Source: Gammaproteobacteria bacterium (lineage in GTDB: Bacteria; Pseudomonadota; Gammaproteobacteria; UBA4575). From it: a DNA stretch of 64,000 nucleotides. The translations under genes were made by a program, and so were the position numbers. Numbering within the stretch: the stretch's first letter is position 1; each line of letters starts with the position of its first letter. Of the stretch, positions 20,396-31,421 are shown one piece after another. The notes below the pieces were generated by a model. It searched no databases. It saw only the letters and a list, made by a program, of their open reading frames with translations, and had not been told where the DNA came from. The stretch is taken from contig JAJDYY010000003.1 in assembly GCA_022824965.1 (NCBI GenBank), positions 21,753 to 85,752 of the forward strand. The letters run 5' to 3'.

Positions 20396-21580
20396 CTAGG
20401 CGTTCTGGTAGTAATCCATCAGGATTTCGGCGACTTCCGGTCTTGCAAATTCTTTCGGCAAGGATTCGCCAGCCGCCAGCATGGCGCGGACCTTGGTTCC
20501 GGACAGCAGCACAAAATCCTCTTTTTCATGGTCCGGCGCATCGCGCATCATGACGACCTGGTTCAGTTTTTTGGAATAGGCCGTGTGGTCTGCGCGGAAG
20601 ATCTCGATCCCCAGCGTTCCCGGGGGAACTTCCTGATCGAAAATCTCCTGTGCATCGAACGCACCGTAGTAGTCGCCCACTCCGGCATGGTCACGGCCAA
20701 TGATGAAATGCGTGCAGCCGCAGTTCTGACGGAAAACCGCATGCAGTACCGCCTCACGCGGGCCGGCGTACAGCATGTCGAATCCATAACCTGTGATCAT
20801 GACGCTGTTGGGCGGGAAATAGAGTTCCACCATCTTGCGAATGGCGGCATCACGCACGGGGGCAGGAATGTCTCCCGGTTTCAGTTTCCCGAGCAGCATG
20901 TGCACCAGTATGCCGTCCGCGCCCGTGGCTGCCTGGGCCATCTTGCACAGTTCTTCATGGGCACGATGCATGGGGTTTCGGGTCTGGAAGCCCACCACAG
21001 TTTGCCAGCCCCGCTCGGCGATTTCATCACGGATTTCAACCGCGGTGCGAAACGTGTCCGGAAACTCATCCCGGAAGTAGCTGTAGCTGAGTACCTGTAC
21101 GGGGCCGGAAATCACCGATTTTCCCTGTGCCATGAGGGTGGCCACGCCGGGATGCTCCTTGTCGGTAGTGCGGTACGTCTTTTCCACGATGGTGGCCAGC
21201 TGCTCGTCACTGAGTTCCTCAACGGCCTCCACTTCCTGGACCGCGATCACCGGTGAGCCGTCCACATTGGGGTCTTTCAGTGCAATGCGCATGCCCGGGC
21301 TTACGGAAGATGCATCCTGCACGAGATTCATGATCGGGACCGGCCAGAACAAACCGTCGCAGGTGTGCATGGTATTGGCCACCGAGATTGAATCCTGGAT
21401 GCTCATGAACCCGGCAAGCGGTGTAAAGTAGCCGGCCCCGAGCATCACGACATTGCAGGAAGCCGCCGAACTCAGCGTTACGGAGGGCAGGTGCTCCGCT
21501 TCCTGCTTCAGGCGTTCGCGCTGTGCTCCATCACTGACATACAAAGGTTTCAAGGCATCGGATCCATGCGGCTTAATCAT
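20396..21580 (-). CDS. sat: sulfate adenylyltransferase (homo-oligomeric, Sat type)
   Basis: MIKPHGS start, FQTRNPMHRAH and GRDHAGVG. Confidence 0.95.
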   Translation of the reverse strand: MIKPHGSDALKPLYVSDGAQRERLKQEAEHLPSVTLSSAASCNVVMLGAGYFTPLAGFMSIQDSISVANTMHTCDGLFWPVPIMNLVQDASSVSPGMRIALKDPNVDGSPVIAVQEVEAVEELSDEQLATIVEKTYRTTDKEHPGVATLMAQGKSVISGPVQVLSYSYFRDEFPDTFRTAVEIRDEIAERGWQTVVGFQTRNPMHRAHEELCKMAQAATGADGILVHMLLGKLKPGDIPAPVRDAAIRKMVELYFPPNSVMITGYGFDMLYAGPREAVLHAVFRQNCGCTHFIIGRDHAGVGDYYGAFDAQEIFDQEVPPGTLGIEIFRADHTAYSKKLNQVVMMRDAPDHEKEDFVLLSGTKVRAMLAAGESLPKEFARPEVAEILMDYYQNA

Positions 21581-21705
21581 AGTCTCTCCAAAACATACTT
21601 GAGGAAATAAAAGTCTTGTCGGTGCACCCAACCCTGCCGCAGCATGATCGCTCGATTCAGCGCCGAAAGCCCCGGACCTGCCATTCGCCGGCCTGGATCA
21701 GTTAC

Positions 21706-22149
21706 TCATTCTTCAGGCTTTCCCGCATCCGCCTTAAACCCGGCTTCGCAAATTCCCGCAACGGCGCAATGCTCATCCTCGTCAGACACATCGCCGGAGA
21801 TGCCGACGGCACCAATGATCGCATCGCCGGCATCGCGCACGAGCACGCCTCCAGGCACAGGCAGCAGCCGCTGGCCGGCAACCTGGGCGAGCGCATTCAT
21901 GAACACGGGCCGCTGCTCACCCATCTGGCCCAGGGTGCGTGATGAGACGCCGACACCGATCGCACCCCATGCCTTCGCGATCGCCATCATCGGGCGCATG
22001 AAGCTCGCGCCATCGGCACGCGACAGGGCCTTGAGGTGGCCTCCGGCGTCCAGCACGGCTACCGCCAGCGGCGCCAGCTTGCGCTTGCGTCCTTCGCGAA
22101 GGGCAGCATCGATGATTGTGTTGGCAAGTTCTAGCGTGATCTCGGTCAT
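21706..22149 (-). CDS. GlcG/HbpS family heme-binding protein
   Basis: VAVLDAGGHL, AIAKAW, GGVLV and GAVGISG. Confidence 0.88.
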   Translation of the reverse strand: MTEITLELANTIIDAALREGRKRKLAPLAVAVLDAGGHLKALSRADGASFMRPMMAIAKAWGAIGVGVSSRTLGQMGEQRPVFMNALAQVAGQRLLPVPGGVLVRDAGDAIIGAVGISGDVSDEDEHCAVAGICEAGFKADAGKPEE

Positions 22150-22294
22150 GAAGGCCTCTGTTTGGGTGCGTTATACAGAGGATTGCCACATTAGTAAACC
22201 GAAGCAGGGGCCCGGCCTCGCCACTCCCAACCGGGCAGAATATGGACAGAGCCCAAGCATCTTTACGGGCCGGCGTTCATGCTAGTATCTGCAC

Positions 22295-22663
22295 ATGGAT
22301 GCATTGTTGCTTGTCGCCCACGGCAGCCGGAAGCCCGGCTCGAATGACGAGATTCGGGCGCTGGCCGAGAGGCTTGCACAAACTCCGGGGCACCGCTTCG
22401 ACTGGGTCGACTGCGCATTCCTGGAGATTACCGAACCCTCTATTTCCGAAGGCGTGCTCGGCTGTGTACGAAAAGGGGCAAAGCACATTACCGTGTTGCC
22501 TTATTTCCTGGCCGCAGGCCGGCATGTCGTCGAGGATATTCCTGCAGAACTCGAGAAAGCCAGGCGTGACCACCCGCAGGTGCGGATCACGTCTACCCCC
22601 TACCTCGGCGCAGCCCGGGAAATTCCGGGTCTTTTGGCCCGCCTCAGCCAGGAGACCGGGTGA
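22295..22663 (+). CDS. CbiX/SirB-type single-domain chelatase
   Basis: LLVAHGSR, AFLE and PYFLAAGRHV.EDIP. Confidence 0.85.
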   Translation: MDALLLVAHGSRKPGSNDEIRALAERLAQTPGHRFDWVDCAFLEITEPSISEGVLGCVRKGAKHITVLPYFLAAGRHVVEDIPAELEKARRDHPQVRITSTPYLGAAREIPGLLARLSQETG

Positions 22664-22688
22664 TCGAGGGTTTGGAGCCGGGCTGGGC

Positions 22689-23420
22689 CTAGTCCCGCTT
22701 CTGGCGGGAAAGCGCCTCGATCTCTTCTTTGGTCACCGCCGTGTAGGGCGAGTTGCGTATCCGGTCGTGGATCTTCATCCGGTAGCGGACGAACTGGTCC
22801 ACCTCGGTAAAGTGCATGAAGGGATTGCCTTCCAGCTCGTCTGCCAGGGTGGAAGTCGCCTGTTCCGCATAATGATGGCCCGGGTAGATCACGATCGATT
22901 CGGGAAGTACGTCGCGAAACCGTTTCAGCGTGGTATGCATCTGCTCCGGATCACCACCGTGCAAATCGCAGCGCCCGCATCCGAATACGAAAAGCGTATC
23001 GCCGGTGACGAGGTCATTGCCGATCCGGTAGCAGGCCGAACCGGGCGTGTGCCCGGGCGTGTGCAGGATCTCGACTTCGGTTTTGCCGATCCGGATGCGG
23101 TCACCTCCATGGTGCAGGCTTGGGCGAACGAGATCGGCCCCCCAGAAAGCGGCCTCGGATTTCAGCAGGTGGATTTCGGCATCACACCGGTCCAGTAGCT
23201 GGTCGATGCCATTGATATGGTCGTGGTGGCTGTGGGTCAGCAGGACATCAGTGATCGTAACGCCAAGCTCATCGGCACAATCCAGGATCGCGGGAACGTC
23301 CCATGCCGGGTCGACGACGGCAGCACTTTGCGTGGCACGATCCGTGAGCAGGTAGACGAAGTTCTCCATCGGCCCCAGTTCCATGGTGGTGATGGAATAC
23401 GTGGTCGGATCGGCAGGCAT
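22689..23420 (-). CDS. metallo-beta-lactamase fold hydrolase (glyoxalase II-like)
   Basis: THSHHDH, TPGHTPG, TGDTLF and PGHHY. Confidence 0.88.
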   Translation of the reverse strand: MPADPTTYSITTMELGPMENFVYLLTDRATQSAAVVDPAWDVPAILDCADELGVTITDVLLTHSHHDHINGIDQLLDRCDAEIHLLKSEAAFWGADLVRPSLHHGGDRIRIGKTEVEILHTPGHTPGSACYRIGNDLVTGDTLFVFGCGRCDLHGGDPEQMHTTLKRFRDVLPESIVIYPGHHYAEQATSTLADELEGNPFMHFTEVDQFVRYRMKIHDRIRNSPYTAVTKEEIEALSRQKRD

Positions 23421-23502
23421 GGCGTTTACTTTGACATACGAATCAGGGTATAGGGTATCGGATGCACCGCGACACCTCAATCTGCAATCTTCCGGACAGC
23501 GC

Positions 23503-24045
23503 ATGAAGACACTGCCGGATTATCTCGACCACGGGCTCAAAGCCCTGTCCATCGGGCTGAATCCTTCCACGATTTCGGTTGAACAGGGCTTTTACTTTGC
23601 CAACCCGAGAAACCGCTTCTGGCGTGCACTGGATGCCAGCGGCCTGGTGCCGGAGAAGGTGGTCCCCGGTCCGCAATTCCAGATCAGGCTCTTTCGGCGC
23701 CACCGGATCGGATTCACGGATGTGGTCAAGCGCCCCTCGGCCTCGGCGAAGGCACTGAGGGCGGCGGACTACCGGGAGTGGGCGCCCGTTCTGGAGGAAA
23801 AAATCCTTGAGTACACGCCGTGCATTTGCTGGTTTCACGGGAAGATGGCTGCGAACAACTTCTTCCGGCACACCGGGCGCGCGGATGTACCGGTGGACTG
23901 GGGCATGCAATCCGCTGTCATCGGGCCTTCTGCGGTGTTCGTCAGCCCCAACCCGAGTCCTGCGAACGCCGTGTTCTCGCTGCAGGACATCACCGGCTGG
24001 TACCAGGAACTGGCTGCTGTCCTGCGTGGCACGGAACCTGTTTGA
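23503..24045 (+). CDS. mug: mismatch-specific uracil/thymine DNA glycosylase (UDG family 2)
   Basis: IGLNPS, FANPRNRFW, GFTDVVKRP and SPNPSPAN. Confidence 0.85.
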   Translation: MKTLPDYLDHGLKALSIGLNPSTISVEQGFYFANPRNRFWRALDASGLVPEKVVPGPQFQIRLFRRHRIGFTDVVKRPSASAKALRAADYREWAPVLEEKILEYTPCICWFHGKMAANNFFRHTGRADVPVDWGMQSAVIGPSAVFVSPNPSPANAVFSLQDITGWYQELAAVLRGTEPV

Positions 24046-24054
24046 GGTTAGTGT

Positions 24055-24552
24055 ATGCCAGGCGATCGCGCACTGAATTTCCTCGGGCTGCTGGCCTGCA
24101 TCGCCTCGCTTTCGTTTGCCATCATCTACCTGGAAGGGGTACTGGGCCTGGACCCGTGCCCGCTGTGCATCCTGGACCGGGTCGTGCTGGTTGCGCTCGG
24201 GTTTGTGTTCCTCCTCGCCCTGGTCCACAACCCCGGTGCCTGGGGATCGAGAATGTACGGGGGACTGGCAAGCGTGCTCAGCCTCGCCGGGGTTGGGCTT
24301 GCGGGCCGGCATGTCTGGTTGCAGGGCCTGCCAGTCGACCAGGTGCCAGAATGCGGGCCGGACCTGTATTTCATGCTGGAGACCCTGCCCGCCCTTGATG
24401 TCGTCAGGCAGGTGCTGACCGCTTCGGGCTCTTGCGCGGAGGTACACTGGACCTTTGCAGGACTGAGCATCCCGCAGCAGACATTGGTCCTGTTTGCCGG
24501 GCTGCTGGCACTCTCGCTATTCCTGGCGCTTAGGCCTCGCCCAGCGGCTTGA
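24055..24552 (+). CDS. dsbB: disulfide bond formation protein B
   Basis: PCPLCILDR and a second Cys pair (ECGP...GSCAEV); four TM helices. Confidence 0.92.
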   Translation: MPGDRALNFLGLLACIASLSFAIIYLEGVLGLDPCPLCILDRVVLVALGFVFLLALVHNPGAWGSRMYGGLASVLSLAGVGLAGRHVWLQGLPVDQVPECGPDLYFMLETLPALDVVRQVLTASGSCAEVHWTFAGLSIPQQTLVLFAGLLALSLFLALRPRPAA

Positions 24553-24610
24553 CGGAAAACGTCCCCTTGGTAATGTTCCATCCGGAAATGGAACAAGGTA
24601 CATTTAGGCC

Positions 24611-25765
24611 ATGAGTACAGTAAAGGAACTGGAGCCGGCATCCCGCTGGACACCGCCTGCCACCCGTTTCGTGGAACTGCATGGCGATTACGGCACGACG
24701 GACTTCCACATGCGCCGCGGCGGGACCCTGCCCAAGGTGGTGGTCGCCTATGAAGCCTGGGGCCGGCTCTCGGAGATGCGCGACAATGCGGTACTGGTCT
24801 TCACTGGCCTGTCGCCCACGGCGCATGCCTGTTCGTCCGACGAGGACCCGTCACCGGGCTGGTGGGAATACATGATCGGACCGGGCAAGCCGATCGACAC
24901 GAACCGGTTTTTCGTGGTGTGCGTCAACTCCCTGGGAGGCTGCTTCGGCACGACCGGACCCGGATCGATCAACCCCGCAACCGGCCGGCAGTACGGCCTG
25001 GACTTTCCTGACCTCACGATCGAGGACGTTGCCAAGGCCGGCCATCATGCCCTTCAGGAACTGGGGGTCGATCATCTTTGTGCGGTCGTGGGATCGTCCA
25101 TGGGCGGTATGACCTCCCTGGCTTATGCGCTGCTGTATCCCGATGAAGTGGGTAATCTCGTCACCATCTCCTCGGCCTGCCGCTCCCTGCCGCTCGCCAT
25201 CGCCATGCGTTCCATACAGCGCGAAATCGTGCGCTGCGATCCTGCCTGGCAGGGTGGCCATTACGAGCCGGACAAGGAACCCAAGGACGGCATGGTCCTG
25301 GCCAGGAAGATCGGCCTGGTTTCCTATCGGGCAGGTGAGGAATGGAACCAGCGATTCAATCGTGCACGCGTGGAATCAACGCGCAAGGACGAAAACCGCT
25401 TCGGTATCGAGTTCGAGGTCGAATCCTACCTTGACTACAACGCCCACAAATTCGTGGATGCCTTCGATGCCAACAGCTATCTGTACCTGTCCCGGGCCAT
25501 GGACTGGTTTGATGTTGCCGAGCATGGAGGCTCCGTCAACGCGGGACTGGCCAAGATCCATTCCATTCGGACACTGGTGGTCGGCGTGGAGACGGACATT
25601 CTATTCCCGGTCAAGCAGCAAGAAGAGATCTACCACGGCATCAACAAGGCCGGCTGCGACGTCCGATTCGTGCGTTTGCCCTCCATCCAGGGCCACGACT
25701 CGTTCCTGATTGACGAGGCGAACTTCGCGCCCGTGCTGAAGGAATTCTTTTCCGGAATCGGCTAG
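24611..25765 (+). CDS. metX: homoserine O-acyltransferase (MetX family)
   Basis: [15 protein letters not shown] nucleophile elbow and GHDSFL. Confidence 0.85.
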   Translation: MSTVKELEPASRWTPPATRFVELHGDYGTTDFHMRRGGTLPKVVVAYEAWGRLSEMRDNAVLVFTGLSPTAHACSSDEDPSPGWWEYMIGPGKPIDTNRFFVVCVNSLGGCFGTTGPGSINPATGRQYGLDFPDLTIEDVAKAGHHALQELGVDHLCAVVGSSMGGMTSLAYALLYPDEVGNLVTISSACRSLPLAIAMRSIQREIVRCDPAWQGGHYEPDKEPKDGMVLARKIGLVSYRAGEEWNQRFNRARVESTRKDENRFGIEFEVESYLDYNAHKFVDAFDANSYLYLSRAMDWFDVAEHGGSVNAGLAKIHSIRTLVVGVETDILFPVKQQEEIYHGINKAGCDVRFVRLPSIQGHDSFLIDEANFAPVLKEFFSGIG

Positions 25766-27069
25766 TCGCGCTCGTCGATGTGCACGTAGTTGCGCTGGTC
25801 TTCACCTGTGTACAGCTGGCGAGGGCGTCCGATACGTGCCTGCGGATCGCTCATGTGCTCCTTCCAGTGGGAAATCCAGCCAACCGTGCGGGCCAGGGCA
25901 AAGATCACGGTGAACATGTTCAGGGGGATTCCCATGGCGCGCAGGATAATTCCGGAATAGAAGTCCACATTGGGGTACAGCTTGCGCTGGATGAAGTAAT
26001 CGTCTTCCAAGGCAATCTGCTCGAGTTCCATGGCGGTATCGAACAGGGGCCGGTTGGGGTTGTCTTCACCGAGTTCTCCCAGCAGCTGGTGACAGACTTC
26101 CCGGATGATCTTGGCACGCGGATCGTAGTTCTTGTAGACCCGGTGGCCGAATCCCATCAGCCGGAACTGGGATTGCTTGTCCTTGGCCCGTTCGATGTAG
26201 TAATTGACATCCTTATCGGATTGCACGATGTCTTCGAGCATGTTGATGACCGCTTCATTGGCCCCGCCGTGTGCCGGGCCCCACAGTGAGCTGATGCCTG
26301 CAGATAACGCGGCATAGGGATTGGCTCCCGAACTACCGGCCAGTCGCACGGTGGAGGTGGATGCATTCTGCTCGTGGTCGGCATGCAGGATCAGGATCAG
26401 GTCCATGGCCCGGACAAAAGAAGGGCTCGGACGGTAGTTCACGGGAGGGAGTCCGAACATCATGTACAGGAAATTCGTAACGTAATCGAAACGGTTGTCC
26501 GGGTAGATGAAGGGCTGGCCCACGGTGTACTTGTAGACCCAGGCGGCCATGGTCGGGACCTTGGCGATCAGCCGGTAGGCAGCCGTTTCCCGGGAGGTGG
26601 CATCGTGTACATCGATCTGGTCATGGTAGAAGGCAGACATCGCGCCCACCGTCGCCACCATCATCGCCATCGGGTGGGAGTTGTTGTGAAAACCCAGGTA
26701 GAAGCGGCGCATTTTCTCATCGAGCAGGGTATGCGTCTTCAGCCGGTTCTCGAAAGCATCAAATTTGTCCTTGTTCGGGAGTTCGCCATGCAGGAGCAGA
26801 TAGCAGACCTCCAGGAAGGTGCTGTGCTCGGCCAGCTGTTCGATGGGGTAGCCCCGATAGCGCAGCAGGCCCTGTTCGCCGTCTATGTAGGTGATCTGGC
26901 TGTCACAGCTCGCCGTGGAGACGAAGCCCGGGTCATAGGTGAAATAGCCCAGGTTCTTGTACAGCTTTCCAATATCGATGGTACGGGGCCCGTTGGTGCC
27001 CTCCAGTACAGGTAATTCAACCACCTTCCCGGTCGTGTTGTCGGTTACCGTTACGGTTCGCTCTGCCAT
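25762..27069 (-). CDS. gltA: type II citrate synthase
   Basis: [38 protein letters not shown] and YPNVDFYSG. Confidence 0.96.
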   Translation of the reverse strand: MAERTVTVTDNTTGKVVELPVLEGTNGPRTIDIGKLYKNLGYFTYDPGFVSTASCDSQITYIDGEQGLLRYRGYPIEQLAEHSTFLEVCYLLLHGELPNKDKFDAFENRLKTHTLLDEKMRRFYLGFHNNSHPMAMMVATVGAMSAFYHDQIDVHDATSRETAAYRLIAKVPTMAAWVYKYTVGQPFIYPDNRFDYVTNFLYMMFGLPPVNYRPSPSFVRAMDLILILHADHEQNASTSTVRLAGSSGANPYAALSAGISSLWGPAHGGANEAVINMLEDIVQSDKDVNYYIERAKDKQSQFRLMGFGHRVYKNYDPRAKIIREVCHQLLGELGEDNPNRPLFDTAMELEQIALEDDYFIQRKLYPNVDFYSGIILRAMGIPLNMFTVIFALARTVGWISHWKEHMSDPQARIGRPRQLYTGEDQRNYVHIDERD

Positions 27070-27315
27070 GAGAGTTCGGTTCCTTGTGGTAGTACAAAAG
27101 TGTCCGTGTACAGGCCGTTCACAAGCGACAGGGGCGGCCTCTGTCTTCCTGGAAGAAAATTCAGCGTGGACCCGGCACCTTACGAACAGACTGGCTTCAA
27201 TCGTCTGAACGCCTTTTGCCAAACAAGATGTCGTTATGGCGCTTCGCTGTTACAGCTAGCAACGTTCTGTTCTTATAAACCCCAATTATAGCATTTATAA
27301 CGAATGAGTTGAGAG

Positions 27316-27867
27316 TCAGATTTCGCCTTTATTCGCCCGGCAGGCGATGAACTGTTCGATAAAGTCTGCAACCTGTGCGGGATCGTTCAGGGCCAGACGT
27401 GGAAGCGAAGGCCGTTCCTGCACCAGCCCGTCGGTCGCGATGGCGACGACATGACGGTCTGTCGAAGCAATCAGGGGGGTCCCAAGGGCCGGGCGGTGAA
27501 TCTCGATTTTGCTGACGGGGGCAGACTTGAAGCCTTCCACGATGACTAGGTCGACGCAGCCCGTATCGATACGTTCCAGGGCCTCCTGAAGGGACAGTTC
27601 TGCCTCATCCTGGGCCATCTCGTGCATGAGTGCCCAGCGCTTTTGTGAAGAGATCAGAACCTGCCGGGCGCCGGCTTTGCGAATCTTGAAGCTGTCCTTG
27701 TCCGGGTGGTCGATATCGAAGGAATGATGTGCGTGCTTAATGACGGCGACATCCAGCCTGCGTGCACACAGCACCGGCAGAAGCCTTTCCAGCAGTGTCG
27801 TCTTGCCGGAACCGCTGTACGCACACAGCCCGATGACCGGTTTCACACATTCGATTCGGTCCGTCAC
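27316..27867 (-). CDS. mobB: molybdopterin-guanine dinucleotide biosynthesis protein B
   Basis: AYSGSGKTTL, IKHAHH.FDID and VEGFK. Confidence 0.93.
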   Translation of the reverse strand: MTDRIECVKPVIGLCAYSGSGKTTLLERLLPVLCARRLDVAVIKHAHHSFDIDHPDKDSFKIRKAGARQVLISSQKRWALMHEMAQDEAELSLQEALERIDTGCVDLVIVEGFKSAPVSKIEIHRPALGTPLIASTDRHVVAIATDGLVQERPSLPRLALNDPAQVADFIEQFIACRANKGEI

Positions 27868-28466
27868 TGCGCAGGGTCCCTCAGGTATCGCGACAGCGTA
27901 TCCAGATCCTGCGGCGTGTTTGCATTTTGAAAACAGTATTTCTTGTCGCTGAAGTCGACCTGGATGAGCCTGTGCTTGCGGTACCAGTGTTCGATCTTGC
28001 GATCCTCGCCATTCAGGTACGCCGACAGGCTGTCCCTGAGTCTGCAGTCGATGAGGGCACAGACCGGCTGCAACCGGTCGCCGTCATGCACCACACCGAT
28101 CTGCGCATCCTGTTCATCCAGGGCCGCATACAGGCGGGCGACGACATCTTCGGGCAGCAAGGGCCCGTCACAGGGACAGGTGAACAGGTAGTCGGTGGAT
28201 GCCCGGTTCATGGCCGCGGCCATGCCGGCAAGCGGGCCCTGGAAGCCAGCCAGTTCGTCGGAGACAAGTTGGTATCCGTATTTCCGGTATTCGTCGTGGT
28301 TGCGGTTCGCATTGATCATGATTTCCGAGACCTGGGGGCGAAGGGCACGCAGGACATGCACGATCAAGGCCTGGTGATTGAGTTCGACGAGCCCCTTGTC
28401 CTGGCCCCCCATGCGCCTTGCACGGCCTCCTGCAAGGATGAGGCCTGTAACCCTATGCTTGTCCAT
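27864..28466 (-). CDS. mobA: molybdenum cofactor guanylyltransferase
   Basis: ILAGGRARRMGGQDKGL, GPLAG and CPCDGP. Confidence 0.93.
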   Translation of the reverse strand: MDKHRVTGLILAGGRARRMGGQDKGLVELNHQALIVHVLRALRPQVSEIMINANRNHDEYRKYGYQLVSDELAGFQGPLAGMAAAMNRASTDYLFTCPCDGPLLPEDVVARLYAALDEQDAQIGVVHDGDRLQPVCALIDCRLRDSLSAYLNGEDRKIEHWYRKHRLIQVDFSDKKYCFQNANTPQDLDTLSRYLRDPAQ

Positions 28467-28662
28467 CACCGAAAGTCTGAACCTTGAAGAATCCCATGAA
28501 ACCTTTTGTGAAATGCAAATATAATAGCAGAGGGCCATCCCCGGACCGGCTGATGCCGCGTGCGAACACCGGACAAAGAACCGGATGCCATGGAGGGCAG
28601 AGTGCCTGCTTGCGGGGGCGGTCATCCGCGGCCCGCATATCCATACAACCAGGGAGAACAGA

Positions 28663-28980
28663 ATGAGTGATCCGGTCAGCCATCAGGACCGCCTGGAAAT
28701 CGAAGCTGCCGTATACCGCCGGCTGGTCGAGCACCTGCGTGAAAAAACCGAAGTGCAGAACATCGACTTGATGAACCTGGCGGATTTCTGTCGCAACTGC
28801 CTCTCGAAATGGTATGTGGCAGCTGCCCGGGAGAAAGGCATCGAGGTCGACTACGAGCAAGCCCGGGAAACGGTCTACGGCATGCCCTATGCCCAATGGA
28901 AGTCCCACTACCAGAAAGAGGCAAGCGCTGAGCAGAAAAAGGCGTTTGCCGAAGGTCAGGCGCGGCGCGGGGAAGGTTGA
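28663..28980 (+). CDS. DUF1244 family protein
   Basis: EAAVYRRLVEHLR...VQNIDLMNLADFCRNCLSKW...YGMPY. Confidence 0.85.
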   Translation: MSDPVSHQDRLEIEAAVYRRLVEHLREKTEVQNIDLMNLADFCRNCLSKWYVAAAREKGIEVDYEQARETVYGMPYAQWKSHYQKEASAEQKKAFAEGQARRGEG

Positions 28981-29789
28981 CCCCGTGTCGGAATGCTAGA
29001 CCCGAAGTGGACCAGGAGGCCAACAGCCCGGAACTGAACGACCGGGAACTGCTGCGTTACAGTCGTCAGATCCTGCTGCCCCAGATCGATATTGCCGGCC
29101 AGCAGAGACTGCTTGCCTCGCACGTGCTGCTGTTCGGAGTCGGGGGCATCGGTTCTCCGGCGGCCATGTACCTTGCCAGCAGCGGCGTCGGCAAGCTGAC
29201 GCTGGTCGACCCGGACAGCGTCGATGCATCCAACCTGCAAAGACAGATCATCTTTCGCAGTGACGACGTCGGCGAGGAGAAGGTCACGGCGGCAAACCGG
29301 ACCCTGGCGTCATTGAATGCACAGACCTCGGTACATACGATCCATGCGGCACTGTCCGGGGAAAGGCTCCGGCAGGAAATCGCGAAGGCCGACCTGGTGC
29401 TGGATGCGACGGATAATTTCGCAGCCCGTTTCGCCATCAACGAGGCCTGCGTGGAGACCGGCACGCCCCTGGTGGTGGGTGCAGCCATTCGGTTTGAGGG
29501 CCAGGTGATGGTGTTTCCCATGCACCGGCAGAGCGCCTGCTACCGGTGCCTGTATCCGGACCTGGGAGACCTCGAGGAAAGCTGTACACAGACCGGCATC
29601 CTCGGCTCGGTGGCCGGGTTGATCGGTTGCCTGCAGGCAACCGAAGCGATCAAGCTGTTGCTGGATACGGGCCAGTCGCTTGCCAACAGGATGCTGCTGG
29701 TGGATGCGCTGAATATGGAATGGCGTTGCGTGACCATCAACAAGGATTCCCAGTGTCCAACCTGCGCGAATCCGGACCGCACTGGCTGA
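28977..29789 (+). CDS. moeB: MoeB/ThiF family adenylyltransferase
   Basis: RYSRQILL, GVGGIGS, SNLQRQ, CYRCL and CPTC. Confidence 0.88.
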   Translation: MTPCRNARPEVDQEANSPELNDRELLRYSRQILLPQIDIAGQQRLLASHVLLFGVGGIGSPAAMYLASSGVGKLTLVDPDSVDASNLQRQIIFRSDDVGEEKVTAANRTLASLNAQTSVHTIHAALSGERLRQEIAKADLVLDATDNFAARFAINEACVETGTPLVVGAAIRFEGQVMVFPMHRQSACYRCLYPDLGDLEESCTQTGILGSVAGLIGCLQATEAIKLLLDTGQSLANRMLLVDALNMEWRCVTINKDSQCPTCANPDRTG

Positions 29790-29807
29790 AACAAAAAAGC
29801 AGGAGGA

Positions 29808-30173
29808 ATGAGCAAAATGAGCGAGCAAGACCTGGATGACCTGAAGCGGGAGCTGCGGGAATTTGCAAGGGCACGGGACTGGGAACAATTTCACAGCCCC
29901 AAGAACCTCAGCATGGCGCTGTCGGTCGAGGCCGGCGAGCTGGTGGAGCATTTCCAGTGGGTGACCGAGGAGCAAAGTACGCGCCTGGATGCGGAAAAAC
30001 ATGCGGCAGTGGCATCCGAGATGGCCGATATCTTTATCTTCCTGCTTCGCCTGGCCGACCGCCTAGAGGTGAACCTGATGGAAGCCACCCGGCACAAGAT
30101 CACCCTAAACCACCAGCGCTATCCCGAGGACAAGGTGAAAGGAAGCTCGAAGAAATATAATGAATACAAGTAG
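29808..30173 (+). CDS. MazG-like nucleotide pyrophosphohydrolase (DCTPP1-like)
   Basis: RDWEQFHSPKNL...EAGEL...EMADIF...N..RYP. Confidence 0.88.
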   Translation: MSKMSEQDLDDLKRELREFARARDWEQFHSPKNLSMALSVEAGELVEHFQWVTEEQSTRLDAEKHAAVASEMADIFIFLLRLADRLEVNLMEATRHKITLNHQRYPEDKVKGSSKKYNEYK

Positions 30174-30236
30174 TAATATCCTAATGTTCTTTCATTTTAT
30201 CATTCAGGGCCCCGTGACACTGGACACCCGAGCGCC

Positions 30237-31418
30237 GTGAACGAACCGTTGCAATCCCTGCAGATCGGCGACAGCAGGGTCACGCTGCTGGGTACGGCGC
30301 ACGTCTCCCGTGCCAGCGCCGAGGCAGTCCGTGACATGATTCGCTCCAGGGAATTCGATGTCGTCTGCATCGAGCTGTGCCAGAGCCGGCACAATTCGCT
30401 GATGCACCCGGAGCAGCTGGCCGAGATGGACCTGTTCGCGGTCATCCGCCAAGGCCGGGCCAACCTGGTGACCGCTCACCTGGCCTTAGGGGCCTACCAG
30501 CAGAGAATGGCGGAGCAACTGGGAGTGGAGCTGGGTCTGGAGATGAAGACCGCGATCACGGAAGCTGCCACGCTCGGACTGCCGGTGGTGCTGGTCGACC
30601 GGGAAGTCGGGATCACGCTCAACCGGGTCTACCGGAGCATGCCGTTCTGGAAACGTGCGTACCTGGTGGCCGGGTTGTTCGCGGGCGCACTGGCGCGCCA
30701 CAAGATTTCAGAAGAGGAAATCGAGCAGATGAAGGCCGGAGACGTCCTGGAGATCGCGTTCACGCAGTTCTCGGAACAAAGCCGGGAACTGTCCGTGCCG
30801 TTGATCGATGAGCGCGACCGGTACATGGCTGCAAGAATCCGCCAGACCCTCAAGGAGCACCCGGGCAAGCGCATCCTCGCGGTGGTGGGAGCCGGCCATC
30901 TGAAAGGCATGACGAACTACCTGAAGGACGAAGCCCTCGATGCGCCTGTACTCATCAAAGAGCTGAATGCGGTTCGCCCCAAGAAATCGTGGCCTAAATT
31001 TATCCCGTGGATTATCGTTGTCCTGATCGGGATCGGGTTTTATTTCGGTTTCAGGGAAAGTCCGGAACTGGGCTGGAAGCTTGTCTGGCAGTGGGTCCTC
31101 ATCAATGGCAGCCTGTCGGCACTGGGTGCTGCCATTGCCGGTGCACACCCGGTGACGGTGGGCACGGCCTTTGTGGCCGCACCGATCACGTCCCTGAACC
31201 CCACGATCGGCGCAGGCATGGTCACGGCCGCAGTCGAGCTGGTCGTTCGCAAGCCCACGGTCCGGGATTTCAGGGAGCTACGCAAGGATACCGCGACATT
31301 CCCTGGCTGGCGCAAGAATGCGGTCGCCAAAACACTGCTGGTATTCGTGCTGAGTACTCTGGGTTCTGCGATCGGAACGTATGTGGCAGGGTTCAGGATT
31401 TTCGGACAGCTGATCTGA
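30237..31418 (+). CDS. TraB/PrgY family protein
   Basis: LLGTAHVS, CIELC, LIDERD.YMA, VVGAGH and C-terminal TM helices. Confidence 0.88.
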   Translation: MNEPLQSLQIGDSRVTLLGTAHVSRASAEAVRDMIRSREFDVVCIELCQSRHNSLMHPEQLAEMDLFAVIRQGRANLVTAHLALGAYQQRMAEQLGVELGLEMKTAITEAATLGLPVVLVDREVGITLNRVYRSMPFWKRAYLVAGLFAGALARHKISEEEIEQMKAGDVLEIAFTQFSEQSRELSVPLIDERDRYMAARIRQTLKEHPGKRILAVVGAGHLKGMTNYLKDEALDAPVLIKELNAVRPKKSWPKFIPWIIVVLIGIGFYFGFRESPELGWKLVWQWVLINGSLSALGAAIAGAHPVTVGTAFVAAPITSLNPTIGAGMVTAAVELVVRKPTVRDFRELRKDTATFPGWRKNAVAKTLLVFVLSTLGSAIGTYVAGFRIFGQLI

Positions 31419-31421
31419 TCG

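Noticed and set aside
28518-28662. GC-rich ~140-nt leader upstream of DUF1244-moeB, considered as a Moco riboswitch
   Set aside because: No recognisable Moco/Wco riboswitch consensus; an Infernal/Rfam scan would be needed.
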